This document shows, one piece after another, positions 1 to 10,800 of a stretch of DNA of 20,000 nt (positions within the stretch are counted from its first letter, which is position 1; every line of letters starts with the position of its first letter). The notes under the pieces were generated by a model. It was not told where the DNA came from and ran no database searches. It saw only the letters and a list, made by a program, of their open reading frames with translations. The translations under genes were made by a program, and so were the position numbers. The DNA lies in contig JAWLHB010000022.1 in assembly GCA_041690595.1 (NCBI GenBank), positions 111,739-131,738 on the forward strand. Reading direction: 5' to 3'. The stretch comes from Lentisphaeria bacterium. Lineage in GTDB: Bacteria; Verrucomicrobiota; Lentisphaeria; JABSQK01; JAWLHB01.

Positions 1-1005
1 CGCCTGGCCGGCATAACCGCGGGCAATGCGCCCTTCATCGAGCGTCTTCAAAGCTGCCGCCGCGCCGTTCAGGGCATGGTAGAGATCCAGAGCCTCAGCC
101 TGCAGCGACGTCTTCGCGGCCTCGACCTGGGTCGACTGCACCGCCGTTCCCGCGGCTGTCGCGTCGAGTCCCAGTCGCACCAGTTCCGCCATCAGCCGTG
201 TAGCAACCGGCAGTTCTTCGTCGGCCAGGGCCGCGGCCGCGCTCTGCCCGGCCTCGGGCGTCATGCCAAGGACGACGCGTGCCTCGATCAGCCCCGCGAA
301 GGCTGTCACCCGGTCCTTGGCGGAAATGCCGTCGTACCGCAGGAAATGGTTCCAGGCAAATTCGACGGTCTCCGGCCGCTGCCAGTTGGTGCTGGGCGGC
401 TGCATGGTCGCCAGAATGCGCAGCCAGTTCCGCACGTTGAGGGATGGATCGTTCAGGGCCAGCATCCGTTCGACCACGGGGCGAAGCTGTTCTGGATCGC
501 GCACACTGCGCCAGCAGTAGGTCGCCATCTTCCCGAGGACGAAGAAGCGATCACCGGCGCTGAGGTCAGGCAGGGCCAGCGCCTCCTCGTAGAGGTCGGC
601 GGCTTTCGATTGAAAGCCCTGCGAGTTGGCCATGTCGCCAAACGCGCACTGGATCTTCGCCAGGCCGGCTGCCGTGATGTCGGGCAGAGCGCGCAGGCGC
701 TCCAGCAATGCCAGAACGGAATCATACTCGCCGTCATTGATGAGAGCATCGGCCACGATCAGCCCGGCGGTCACCTTGCGGTCCAGAGAGAGCGCTGGAT
801 CGTCGAGCATGATCAGGACGGCGGCATTCAGCCGCTTGTGGAGCTCACGAGCGTCGTCCAGGCGTTTGTCGCGCTGAAGCTGCTGGGCTTCTTTTCGCAG
901 CTCCTGAAATGCCTCCCAGCCCATTGGCTCCTGGCCGCTGGTTGGTTGGGCCAGCATCAGGATACCCATCATCAGTATAAGTGTTTTGACATGCTTCACG
1001 ATCAT
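1..1005 (-). CDS. Secreted TPR-like/alpha-helical repeat protein (3' end beyond window)
   Basis: Not in the ORF track; translated by hand. ATG at 1005 overlaps the upstream TGA (ATGA) and the frame stays open to position 1. Reads MIVKHVKTLILMMGILMLAQPTSG-QEPMGWEAFQELRKEAQQLQRDKRLDDARELH..., a Sec-like signal peptide, then TPR-like helices (VADALINDGEYDSVLALLERL; FGDMANSQGFQSKAADLYEEALAL). Confidence 0.75.
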   Translation of the reverse strand, partial: MIVKHVKTLILMMGILMLAQPTSGQEPMGWEAFQELRKEAQQLQRDKRLDDARELHKRLNAAVLIMLDDPALSLDRKVTAGLIVADALINDGEYDSVLALLERLRALPDITAAGLAKIQCAFGDMANSQGFQSKAADLYEEALALPDLSAGDRFFVLGKMATYCWRSVRDPEQLRPVVERMLALNDPSLNVRNWLRILATMQPPSTNWQRPETVEFAWNHFLRYDGISAKDRVTAFAGLIEARVVLGMTPEAGQSAAAALADEELPVATRLMAELVRLGLDATAAGTAVQSTQVEAAKTSLQAEALDLYHALNGAAAALKTLDEGRIARGYAGQA

Positions 1006-2798
1006 TTCGCATCCCCTTCGAGTATACGCTGCATGCGCAGAATGTGGTCAATTATCTCGAGGCGGACCGTATTCAGGTCCGCGCTGTCCTGGTCGAGCAG
1101 CGCCAGGTATTGCAGTGCCTTCTTGCCAGCATACCGCGCTTCGGCGCTCCCGGCAGCCACAGCTTCATTCGCCACTTGACAGAGCTTTGTGGCATAGCGG
1201 ATATCGTCTATCGCCTCACGGAAACCTTCCCAGTGCAGCGTATCGATGATGCCATCCCGGGTTGGATAGACAAAGCAGATACGATACGACTCGCTGTCGA
1301 AGTCATTCCAGATATTACGCCGGTAGCCATAGTACCGATAGTTGGCGCTGCCGTCGTAGTCGGCTTTGTAGAGTTGGAAACCATGCGTGCGGCGGATGAA
1401 GTCGGGATTCTCGGGCCCGGTATGCGGCCCGGCATAACTGACGATTCTGGCTCCCATGGCGTGCCACTTCCGCGCCGATTCCGGCTTGAATTCATGCCCC
1501 GGATAGTTGACGATGTCTTCATTAAAGCCGGCATAGCCGAAGTGGGTGTCCTTGCCGGTGCTGTAGACCTTCATTCCCATGTCGTGCAGCAGGGCGAAGA
1601 GCGGCAGCTGCGCCTCGAGTACCGAGCGTCCCGGCTCGTCCCAGCCGATTCCGTAGATGTTGGTATGTCCCAGGACCTTCTGTATCAGCGCCCGCTGCTC
1701 CTCGGTCTGCGCCACCAGTTGCTGCCACTTTCCGGGAGGAATCTCGTTGCCGGTCATCAGGTACCGGTAGAGCAGCTCCCAGTTGTAGACCTGCATGAAG
1801 CCGATGAGGGGATCGGTGCTCATTCCCGCCTCCTGCATCAACTCCAACTGGCGCGTCATGATCTCTTCGGCATCCCGCCGCTGGATCCTGGGCAAGAGGA
1901 GGGTGTCGACGTTGTGGTCGCGCAGGTTCTTCATCTCCGCCAGCACCTTGCGTTCGGCGGCGGCGCGATCCTCGCCCAGAAGCTCCGACATGACATCCAG
2001 GTTAGTGTGATTATAGAGCGTGCTAAGGAAATCTCTCTCCAGATCGTACCAGGTTCTTGGCGGCGGCAGCGAAAAGGGGAGGACCCGCAACGTCACCGTC
2101 ATGCGTCCCAGCTCCTCACCGCCGGCGGCGAGGGAGATCGTTCCCGTGTAGAGGCCGGCAGCGGCCTCCTCGGGAATCCGCAGCGTCAGCCAGAACTGTT
2201 TGCCGCTGCCTTCGCTCAGTTGCACCGGTTGAAGCTCCGCGCTGTCCGCGACCGGCTCCAGTGCATGATTGAAGATCGGCAACGCCCCCTTTACCTGATC
2301 CGGATAGCTGACCCAGCGGTACCGCGCCGCATCCCCATCGCCCAGTCGCACATAGTTTTCCTCAGCCTCGTCATCGACCCGAATCAGATCTTCGTCGTGG
2401 AGCAGAAGCTCCGGTATGAGGACTCGGCGGTCGGAATCGGCGAAGTAGCTGTGCCACCCTGTTCCCCCCTGGTACCAGCACTTCACAACACGGATGTCGA
2501 CATTGGCCGCCGGAATACTGCCCTGATCCCCGGCCAAGGCGGACGCCGTCAACTGCACGGCCCCAAGATCCCGCTCTGGAAAGATCATGAAGGAAGCCGG
2601 CACGATTTCGCCCTGGGCACCGACCGCGCGAAGCTCGTCGCTCAAGCGCCCATCCTGAGGCAGGCGGTCAGGTAACCTCTTTTCATTGCTGATGGCGGGG
2701 ACGGCATAACTGGAATACTGGGCTCTCGCCACGCTTGCGACCATACAGCCGGCAAGCACGGGCAAGAGCAGGAGACGACAAAGAACCTGCTGCTTCAC
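1002..2798 (-). CDS. Exported glycoside hydrolase family 123-like (DUF4091/DUF6067-type) protein
   Basis: 600-aa ORF 1002..2804. GAGGAG RBS at 2805-2810 favours the GTG at 2798. N-terminal beta-sandwich (GAQGEIVPASFMIFP; QFWLTLRIPEEAAAGLYTGTISL; LRVLPFSLP), adjacent Asp-Glu motif (GIGWDEP), and C-terminal TLHWEGFREAIDDIRY typical of DUF4091/GH123-like proteins. Hydrophobic signal peptide. Confidence 0.65.
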   Translation of the reverse strand: MKQQVLCRLLLLPVLAGCMVASVARAQYSSYAVPAISNEKRLPDRLPQDGRLSDELRAVGAQGEIVPASFMIFPERDLGAVQLTASALAGDQGSIPAANVDIRVVKCWYQGGTGWHSYFADSDRRVLIPELLLHDEDLIRVDDEAEENYVRLGDGDAARYRWVSYPDQVKGALPIFNHALEPVADSAELQPVQLSEGSGKQFWLTLRIPEEAAAGLYTGTISLAAGGEELGRMTVTLRVLPFSLPPPRTWYDLERDFLSTLYNHTNLDVMSELLGEDRAAAERKVLAEMKNLRDHNVDTLLLPRIQRRDAEEIMTRQLELMQEAGMSTDPLIGFMQVYNWELLYRYLMTGNEIPPGKWQQLVAQTEEQRALIQKVLGHTNIYGIGWDEPGRSVLEAQLPLFALLHDMGMKVYSTGKDTHFGYAGFNEDIVNYPGHEFKPESARKWHAMGARIVSYAGPHTGPENPDFIRRTHGFQLYKADYDGSANYRYYGYRRNIWNDFDSESYRICFVYPTRDGIIDTLHWEGFREAIDDIRYATKLCQVANEAVAAGSAEARYAGKKALQYLALLDQDSADLNTVRLEIIDHILRMQRILEGDAK

Positions 2799-2833
2799 GG
2801 GCAACTCCTCACGGGGGTGGATGAAGATGATGA

Positions 2834-3556
2834 CTACTGGTAAACGACGGAGCCGTTACTATTGCGGGCGATGTCCAGACCTGGCGGACCTGGCCTGCTG
2901 GGCCTGTCGGCATGTCCATCCCCATAGAGCACGTTGACGCTTGTGCCGTGACGGAACTCGATGCTGTAATACTGGAAGTATGGGTCGGTGCGGGCGCGAT
3001 AATCGACGGCCGTATATCCATCGCGGCGGTCGGCCAGGAAGAGCGTATTCTCCAGAGAACTCAGCCGGGAAAGCTTCTCGGCGGCAGGAATCGGTCCAGC
3101 GGTCCAGGCGGGATTGACCGTACCGTCTGCCTTGATGTGCGGGAAGATGTCGCTGTTGATGGAGAAGTCCGGATAGCCGAACCAGAGCGTCGGGTGACGC
3201 TCGGCGCAGCGGAAGATGGAGCTGGATCCCTTGTCATTCGCAAAGAGTGTCCATGTCCGGCCATAGCCGGCATGCTCCTTAATGTAATCCGGCCACATCC
3301 GGTTGGCCTCAGCTTGGTTCAGGGATGGCGGCAGGTATTCGTCGTTCTCGGTGGCGTAGCTGAAGATTGCCAGCCCAAGCTGTTTCAGGTTGTTGATGCA
3401 ACTGATCTGCCGGGCGCGGCTGCGGGCGCTGCTCAGCGCCGGCAGCAGCATCGACGCCAGAATGGCTATTATGGCCACGACGACGAGCAGCTCGATCAGG
3501 GTGAAAGCTCGATTGGTTGTGTGAGTTCTTCTCTTCGGCATGTCTTGTTTCCTCAT
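2834..3556 (-). CDS. Prepilin-type N-terminal cleavage/methylation domain protein with H-X9-DG motif (DUF1559-like)
   Basis: Basic leader then [48 protein letters not shown]; internal FRC; C-terminal [14 protein letters not shown] is an exact H-X9-DG. Confidence 0.92.
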   Translation of the reverse strand: MRKQDMPKRRTHTTNRAFTLIELLVVVAIIAILASMLLPALSSARSRARQISCINNLKQLGLAIFSYATENDEYLPPSLNQAEANRMWPDYIKEHAGYGRTWTLFANDKGSSSIFRCAERHPTLWFGYPDFSINSDIFPHIKADGTVNPAWTAGPIPAAEKLSRLSSLENTLFLADRRDGYTAVDYRARTDPYFQYYSIEFRHGTSVNVLYGDGHADRPSRPGPPGLDIARNSNGSVVYQ

Positions 3557-3618
3557 CGTTTACAGGCAGGCAACCGTGTTTCGGTCGCGCGTTTCAGTGA
3601 AAGTGAATTCCGATCCGC

Positions 3619-4449
3619 TCATTTGTTATAGGGCGCAAAAAGTCCGCTGAATTGGTTGGAACTGTTGTTGTTGGTGTAGAAGTCGATGCTCGGACGCTGG
3701 CTGGGCATCGATTCGGCGTGGGCGTCGACAAAAGCGACATTGACGGTGCCATGGTGGCGGCCTTCCATGAAATCGTTGTAGTAGCGCTGGTCTTTGGTAA
3801 CGTGGTAGGCACTGGACGTGCCGTTGCTCAGCTTACCTGCGCCATTGCTCGTCAACCCGCCCCCCGGCATGTATTGCTGAGTATACACCCCCGCCGCGGC
3901 TCCATAGCCGTAGTACATGTTGATGTTCTTTTCCGTGCCATAGTCCACAAACATCAGTTTGGAGTCTGGGGTGTTGACACGGCCTTGCCGAACCGGTACC
4001 GAGACGTTGAAGGCCTGGTTGTTTGATGGTCGTATTGCTACCCGCATGCCACTCCGCAGTTGCACGTGGTTGTAGCTGTAGTTGGCCGCCTGCAGGATGT
4101 AGAGAAGTCTGAGCGGATCGGACGTCTGCGTCGGGCTGGATGGGCAGACCAGCGAACCGAGCATCGAATTGCCGACTGTCTCATGGAGGTACATGTACCA
4201 TTCCGTATAGTACGTGCCCCAGATGGTATTCGGACGGTCGACCGCAAAGGTGGCGACCAGATAGCCGTCGTATTCATCCGCGTAGAGCGCACACCCCATG
4301 CCGATCTGCTTGAGGTTGTTCAGGCACTGCGTCCGGCGCGCCATGCCCCGGGCGCGCGACAGCGCCGGCAGCAGCAGGGAAGCCAGGATGGCGATTATCG
4401 CCACAACCACAAGCAGCTCGATGAGGGTGAAGGTCCGTTTGCTTTGCAT
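3619..4449 (-). CDS. Prepilin-type N-terminal cleavage/methylation domain protein with H-X9-DA variant motif (DUF1559-like)
   Basis: [56 protein letters not shown]-terminal [19 protein letters not shown] at 4456-4460 supports ATG 4449; an alternative GTG start at 4482 overlaps the upstream stop. Confidence 0.9.
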   Translation of the reverse strand: MQSKRTFTLIELLVVVAIIAILASLLLPALSRARGMARRTQCLNNLKQIGMGCALYADEYDGYLVATFAVDRPNTIWGTYYTEWYMYLHETVGNSMLGSLVCPSSPTQTSDPLRLLYILQAANYSYNHVQLRSGMRVAIRPSNNQAFNVSVPVRQGRVNTPDSKLMFVDYGTEKNINMYYGYGAAAGVYTQQYMPGGGLTSNGAGKLSNGTSSAYHVTKDQRYYNDFMEGRHHGTVNVAFVDAHAESMPSQRPSIDFYTNNNSSNQFSGLFAPYNK

Positions 4450-4478
4450 AGCCGTCTCCCATGGTTCGATGATCGTAC

Positions 4479-7400
4479 TCACGGATGAACCGCCTGAGCA
4501 GTTCCGAGATCCTGCAACCGTATGGATGCAGGCACATCACGCATGTCGGTCAGGTCAAGTGCTCTTCTGTTCAGAATGATGGCGATGCCGCTAAGCTGGA
4601 TGGGAAACTGAATGGCCGCTGACTTGGCGGGTGGAATAGGATTCCATCGGCGTCCGGGGGTGATGTTCAGCTCCTCGCTGGCCCCATCGATGGGGAAGGA
4701 GACAAAGCGCCAGCCATCGTGGCAGATCGACAGATCGCCCGGCCAGTCGTGGTAGATCCCCTCGGTTCGCCAGCTCGTACCCGCGGCGTCGACGATCTCG
4801 AAAACGATCTTGCCCCAGCCGGAGTCGCCCCGCACCCAGACCCCAACCGTGGCCGGTCTGTCGTCTACAGGCAGGGGGCTCTTGAGCCGCAGAACAGTAT
4901 ACTCACTGACGATGTCGGCGACGCTACCCTCGCGGCGAAGGGCCAATTGCAGGCATGGCCCACGTTCGTCGTCCTCCACCTGCGTCAGATCGAAACTGCC
5001 CGGTGTGCGCAGCGGCAGGCCGCGCTTCTCCATGTTGTTCAGGGTTGAATCTTCGACCAGCTCCCATGCATCGATCTCCTTCATTCCCTCCGCCACCGTG
5101 AAGCTCGGCGGAGGCGGCGTGAAGTGGCGCTCGGCGATGGCAATGGACGCGAGCGGCAGCGCGCCAACCAGATAAACCGGCTCGGGCCCTGCCACGACTT
5201 CCAGACTGGCGGTGGCTGGAACGGAACGCTCGTCCCCATAGCAACCGACCTGCGTGAGCTGAACCGCTTGCGGGTAAGTCAGCTCGAGGGTGGCGTCGCC
5301 GAGCGCGGTCCAGAGCACCTGTACGGTCATGCCGTCTGCTCGGGGGAACTCCAAGGCGTAGACTGTCGTGGAGCCGGTGTCGATGCGCTTCGGTTGCCCG
5401 ACGCGGTCCAGGAGCCGGGTGAGGGTGGCCACGGCGACGTAGGAAGGTTTTGGATAGAGCAGCGGATAGCGTTGGCAGAGGCCGCCGGCTCCCCAGAGGG
5501 TGTTGTAGTAGGCATTGCCGGCGTCATGAAGGATGGCCGGATTGATATGGTCGAAGCCGTAGGCATGGCAGAGCAGCATGTCACGGGCGATCCAGGCCGC
5601 CTGTCGTCGTGGCCCCAACGTGCGTTCCGTGCGCGCCGTGAACTCGTAGCAGCCGGTGACCGGCAGGTCGTGGCCGAACTTCCGAGCGGCTTCCCGGGCC
5701 AGCCAGATGCCTTGTGTTCCACCTTCCCACAGCTTTTCGGGGATGCAGGTCTGCCCGGGTGATTCGACGCCGATGTAATCGATAAAAGCGGGATCGAAGC
5801 CGTAGCGCAGCAGCGCCGCGATAATCGATGCCGAGCTGCTCGTGTTGCCGACCAGCAGCTTGAGGTTGGGGAATCGCTCCCGGTAGAAGGTGGCCGCGAA
5901 GGTCGCCATCGCCACGATTTCCCGCCCTTTGGCCTCATCTTCCGGTGTGTCGACCTGCTTCTCGTCGAGCAGCTCCCGCGGGACATAGTGCGCAAAGCTC
6001 TCGTGGAGGATGTCCGCCGAGTTGCAGTGGGGGAAGCGTTCGAGCTGTTCGCGGACGATTCGTTCGGCTTCGTCATAGGCAGCTTCGGGGTTCTCCCGAT
6101 CCCGGGGGGCCGACCGCCAGCTTATCTGGTTCTGGGTGATCGCCCAATCGGCCATCTCGGCTTCCCCGTACTTGGTCCAGGCGAAGGTGGTCTTGCGCAG
6201 CCCGGCCTTGAAGAGCATCGGCCCGGCAATCGCATTGTCGCCCGCTCCATAGTGAGCGCCCGAGAACCACCAGGTACCATAGGGGGATTCGTAGCCGGCC
6301 TGGCGCGTGTTCGGCCCCAGCAGCGCAAAAGCTGCCTGATGCCGGATCATCTCCCGATCGGCCTCGTCACGAACGATCAGCTCCACCCCATACCAGCCAT
6401 TCCGCGGCATGGCCAGCGGCATGGTGAAGCTCTTCTCTTCGCCCGCTGCCGCGAAGGTTGCCGCTCGGCGCTCTGCAAGCAGCTCCCGGCCGGCACTATC
6501 GGTGATCCGCCACGCGAGAGTTGCCGCGCCGGGGCGCAGGCTGGTCAGCGTCGCCGTCATCTGGGGCAGCTCGTCGTCATGATAGATGTTGCCGGGCTGC
6601 GAGGACGCCAGCGTCAGGCCGACCGGGCTTCGTTCCAAGGTCACTCCGAATAGCTGGACGGCGCTGATCGATCGCTTGTCCGGCTTGTGGCGGGAGTCCC
6701 ACTGCGCGCCGATGCCGCCGAGCTTCCCAAGGAACTCGAAGTCGAGGTAAGGCTGCGTGGTCATCGGGCTGTTCGGATCGCCATTCATCGCGAGCAGATC
6801 AAGGATATCGCCGGGCTTGAGCATGAACTCGACCAGGTAAAGGGGGACTTCGCGGCCCGAGTAGCGCACGGTGCCGACTTGGGTGATCCCCTCGCCTGCC
6901 TCTTCGTCACCCCGCGGCAGGACCACGGTCGTATCGGAAATGGCGCCGCCTCGTCCGGATCGCGCAAAGCGGGTCAGGCGGGCAGTCAGGATCGGATCTC
7001 GTTTCGGATCGTCGTCGACGGCGCAGAGCACCCAGGCACGGGAGTAGGTCGCCTGGGGAACCGCGAAATGAGCGGTCTCGGGCATGCCGTCGAGGGCGGT
7101 CCGCGCCAGATGCTCGTCGCATTCGAGCGCCCAGGATCCTTTCATCTGCTTCACCACCCCCACATCGACGCTCTGCTCCCCCGAACCCACCACCATGGGA
7201 ATATCGCGGAGCTGCCGGTGCCCGGCCGGCAGGGAGAGCTCCGCCTCGCGCATGGGGCCTGGCTTGGCGATCGCGCCGATCGGCAGCGCCAGGTAGCGCG
7301 GATCGTGCGCCGGCGAATAGGAGCGCTCCACCTCCAGCTTGTGCTCCAGCTCGAACTCGGATCCCTCTTTGGGCGGCAGGTGAACGGTCAGCCCGCGCAG

Positions 7401-7898
7401 TCTGCCGCTGGTCGCCCGAAAGCCCACGTACTGATCGTCCACGTAGAGCGAAATGCCGTCCGCCTCCTGGCGGGCCTCGAAGATCAGCAGATGGGCCGAA
7501 GCCTCGGGCAGCGTACCCCAACGTGCGAGCAGCTCCTGCTGCTGGGCATCCGTATAGCGCTGCAGACGCGGGCGCACATGCCGCTGCACCAGCTTGTCGA
7601 TGTTGATCACGGCGTCGAAGGCGGTCATGTTCACCACGGCCTCGGCTCCGTCCACCTTCGTCTTGAGCTGGTGCGGCGGAGATTCGACCCGCAGAGGGAA
7701 GATCAGGTCGCGCTGATTGTCGAGGTTGACGATGATCTTCGACCATTCGGGTCGCATGCTTTCCAGGCGGAACCCCGCCCGCACGGCCGTATCTCCCGGC
7801 CGAAGCGACACGACATACTCCCGATCCGTCTCGGCGCCCAGTATGGCCCCGGTCGCGCAGGCAAAGATGAAAATGAGGATGGATCGCAGATGGGTCAT
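4479..7898 (-). CDS. Large secreted multidomain protein, putative clan GH-A-like (GH39/GH5-like) hydrolase with C-terminal CBM-like domain; paralog of 7895..11917
   Basis: 1139 aa, Sec signal ([22 protein letters not shown]). Ig-like segment (QPGNIYH...NGWYGVEL) precedes SPYGTWW. Barrel end [22 protein letters not shown] resembles the GL..PKP.Y.A motif of GH39-like enzymes. C-terminal [10 protein letters not shown]...[10 protein letters not shown] is CBM11/CIA30-like. ATGA coupling at 7895-7898. Confidence 0.6.
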   Translation of the reverse strand: MTHLRSILIFIFACATGAILGAETDREYVVSLRPGDTAVRAGFRLESMRPEWSKIIVNLDNQRDLIFPLRVESPPHQLKTKVDGAEAVVNMTAFDAVINIDKLVQRHVRPRLQRYTDAQQQELLARWGTLPEASAHLLIFEARQEADGISLYVDDQYVGFRATSGRLRGLTVHLPPKEGSEFELEHKLEVERSYSPAHDPRYLALPIGAIAKPGPMREAELSLPAGHRQLRDIPMVVGSGEQSVDVGVVKQMKGSWALECDEHLARTALDGMPETAHFAVPQATYSRAWVLCAVDDDPKRDPILTARLTRFARSGRGGAISDTTVVLPRGDEEAGEGITQVGTVRYSGREVPLYLVEFMLKPGDILDLLAMNGDPNSPMTTQPYLDFEFLGKLGGIGAQWDSRHKPDKRSISAVQLFGVTLERSPVGLTLASSQPGNIYHDDELPQMTATLTSLRPGAATLAWRITDSAGRELLAERRAATFAAAGEEKSFTMPLAMPRNGWYGVELIVRDEADREMIRHQAAFALLGPNTRQAGYESPYGTWWFSGAHYGAGDNAIAGPMLFKAGLRKTTFAWTKYGEAEMADWAITQNQISWRSAPRDRENPEAAYDEAERIVREQLERFPHCNSADILHESFAHYVPRELLDEKQVDTPEDEAKGREIVAMATFAATFYRERFPNLKLLVGNTSSSASIIAALLRYGFDPAFIDYIGVESPGQTCIPEKLWEGGTQGIWLAREAARKFGHDLPVTGCYEFTARTERTLGPRRQAAWIARDMLLCHAYGFDHINPAILHDAGNAYYNTLWGAGGLCQRYPLLYPKPSYVAVATLTRLLDRVGQPKRIDTGSTTVYALEFPRADGMTVQVLWTALGDATLELTYPQAVQLTQVGCYGDERSVPATASLEVVAGPEPVYLVGALPLASIAIAERHFTPPPPSFTVAEGMKEIDAWELVEDSTLNNMEKRGLPLRTPGSFDLTQVEDDERGPCLQLALRREGSVADIVSEYTVLRLKSPLPVDDRPATVGVWVRGDSGWGKIVFEIVDAAGTSWRTEGIYHDWPGDLSICHDGWRFVSFPIDGASEELNITPGRRWNPIPPAKSAAIQFPIQLSGIAIILNRRALDLTDMRDVPASIRLQDLGTAQAVHP

Positions 7899-10800
7899 GG
7901 TTCAAAATCCTGCGTGCCAGAATCACGGAAGCGCAAGGTGAGCTTTTCGAGCGGCTGCATCTCCGTCAGCACCACTGCATGACGGTACATCGTGACTGCC
8001 AGTGCCGACAAGCGTATCGGGAAGTCGATGCGTTTATTGCCCCCCGCTTCACAGATCCATTGACTGACAACGCCGCCCGGGTTGATGGTGCGATCCGGTG
8101 AACTTTCGCTCAGCGGCATGCGCAGGAAGGCCCAACCGTCGAAGTTGACGGCGGTTTCCGCCGGCCAGTCGAGGATGTCGCAGCCCCAGCCACCGGTTCC
8201 GCTCGACCGCCAGATCTCGCCCTCGCCGTCGATAATTTCCCACATCACCTTGCCCCAATTCGAGTTGCCCTTCACCCAAACGCCCAGCGTATGGGGGCTC
8301 CCTTCCAGCGCAACCGGCTCTTTCAGCCGCAGCACCGTATACTCGCCTACCAGAGGAGAGAGGGAGGGATTGGGAGGTGCCTTCATCTCCAGCTCGAGAC
8401 AGGCGCCCTTTTCCTCGTCCACGACCTGGCGCAGGTCGAACTCGCCCGCCGTTCGCCAAGGCAGGTAATGGCGTTCCACCGCATCGAGCGAGCGGTTGCC
8501 GGCGCCGATCTTCCACTGGCTGGCATCGTCCATCGCGTTGGCGATCCGAAAGTCCGGGCGCGGTTGGTCCGCAGGATAGGTCCGTTCAATCACCTCGACG
8601 GAACGAAGCGGGCCCTTCGTAACGAGGTAGCACGGCGAGGTGCTGACGCGCAGTGGCTGACCGTCGGGCAGGATGCTCTCCCTGCCATACATGTCGACCT
8701 GAGTCATGGGCGAGTCGTCACCGGCAACCAGAGCGAGAGTGGCCTCGCCCCGGACCGTCCACAAGGCATAGACGCTTTCGCCGCGGCGATCGAATTCGAG
8801 GCCGTAGACCGTGGCGGAGCCGGTGGGAAGCTCCCGCCGCAGGGTCACGCCGTCAAGCTGAGTGGTAAGCGTCGCCACGGCGACATAGGCAGGCTTGGGA
8901 TAGTAGAGCGGTGCGCGCTTGGCCAACCCTCCCGCGCCCCAAAGGGTGTTGTAGTAGGCATTGCCGACATCATGGAGGATGGCGGGGGAAACGGTGGGAA
9001 AGCGGTACGCCAGCCCCAGCAGGATGTCGCGTGCGATCCATTCGGCCTGACGGCGCGGCCCGAGGTCGCGCTCCGAGCGGGCGGTGTACTCGTAGCATCC
9101 CGTGAGCGGCAGGTCATGGCCGAGCTTGCGAGCTGCCTCCCGGGCGAGCCACATTCCCTGAGTTGCGCCTTCCCAGAGCACCTCCGGCGGCGCGGTCTGT
9201 CCCGGTGTCTCGATGCCGATGTAGTCGATGTAGCTCGGATCCAAGCCATGGCGCAGCAGCATGGCGATGATCGCCGCGGAGGCGCTGGAGTTGCCCCACA
9301 CCAGCTTCAACTGGGGGAACTTCTCGCGGTAGAAGGCTCCGGCGAGATTGCCCAGGGCCACCATCTGCTGCTCGCGCTCCCCCGCCTCAGGGGCGGCCGC
9401 ATCGCGCAGCTCGGGCGGCACCGCGTTGTTGTACGACTCGTGGTAGACGAGCACATACGAACAGTGCGGAAAGCGCGCGATCAGCTCCTTGATCCGCTTC
9501 TCTTCACGCTGGCTGGCGGCATCGAAGTTCTGCAAGTCGTTCAGGTTGAAGCCCCGTCCCATCTGGTTGAGGCCGACCGTCCATGGGGCCATCTCCGCCT
9601 CGCCGGCCTTGGACCAGCCGAAGGTGGTGCGGCGCAACCCGGCCTTGTGAAGCATGGGGCCGGCGATGGCGATGTCGTCACTGCCATAGTGGGCGCCGCC
9701 GAACCACCAGGTGCCATAGGGCGAATCGTATCCAGCCTCGCGCCGATCCCTGCCCAGCAGCGCAAACGCCGCCTCATGCGTCAGGATCGTCTTTCCCTGC
9801 GTGTCCAGCACCGTGAAGGTGATCCCATACCAGCCGGGATTCGGCATGGCCAGCGCTATCTCGATCGGCGCTTCTTCACCGCTCGCCAGGTTGACCTGGC
9901 GTTGCTCCGTCGCGATCGTTTTTCCTTGCTCGTCCTGGATCTCCCAAGTCAGGGCATAGGTACCGCCCACCTCGGCTTGCAGCCACGCCGTCGTCATGGG
10001 CGACTCGTCGTTATGGAAGATATTGCCGGGCTGGGACGCCGTCAGCCGGAAAGCCACCGGGGCGCGCTCGAGGGTCAGGCCAAAGACATGGACGCCACTG
10101 GTCGAGAGCGGATCCGGCTTGTGGCGTCGGTCAAGTTGCTGATAGGCGCGGTCGGGCTTGCCCATGAGGGTGAAGTCCAGGTAGGGGCCGATCTTCAGGG
10201 TCGCGCGCGGATCGGGCGCGGGGTCGAGCAGGTCGAGGATCCGGCCCAGATCCAGGGGGACTTCGACGAGCCAGAGAGGAACGCTCACCTCGCCATTCGC
10301 CGTTGCATAGGTGACCGTACCCACGCGCCGCGTCGTGGCCGGCGCCGCCTCTTCTCCGCGCGGCAGCGTTACCGTCGTAGCGGCGATGGCATCGCCTCTG
10401 CCGGAAACCGCGCTTCGGCTGAGGCTTGCCGTCAGCATCGCGTCCTTGCTCGGGTCGAGTTCGGCCGCGCACAGGATCCAGGCGCGCCGCCAATGGGCGA
10501 GTGGTACCGAAAACTGCAGCGCTTCGGGCATGCCATCGAAGGCGCCGCGCGCCAGGAATTCGTCTGCTTCCAGTGCCCAGGATCCCTTCATCTCCTTCAC
10601 CACGCTCACGTCGGCGTGGTTGGCACCATCCACCACGATCATCGGCACACCCTCCACCGGCAGCGCACCCGGCGACAGCGAAACCCTGGCATCGGTAAGG
10701 GCTCCCGGCTTGGCAACAAAGGCTACATCCAGCGGCAGATAAGCGCTCTCCGCATCGACCCGCTTCCAGACCCGCGACTCACCGGCGGAGGAGTTGCTGG

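Noticed and set aside
2834..4449. Calling the pilin-like genes gspG/pulG or pilA
   Set aside because: Only the N-terminal methylation helix is shared. The C.NNLKQ.G and H-X9-D(G/A) features mark the DUF1559-type family, and no T2SS/T4P machinery genes are nearby.
5490..8965. Near-identical DNA blocks (e.g. AGGGTGTTGTAGTAGGCATTGCCG at ~5497 and ~8943) as a DGR template/variable repeat or recombination cassette
   Set aside because: They are the most conserved parts of two collinear paralogs. Differences are not adenine-specific, and no reverse transcriptase or recombinase is in the window.
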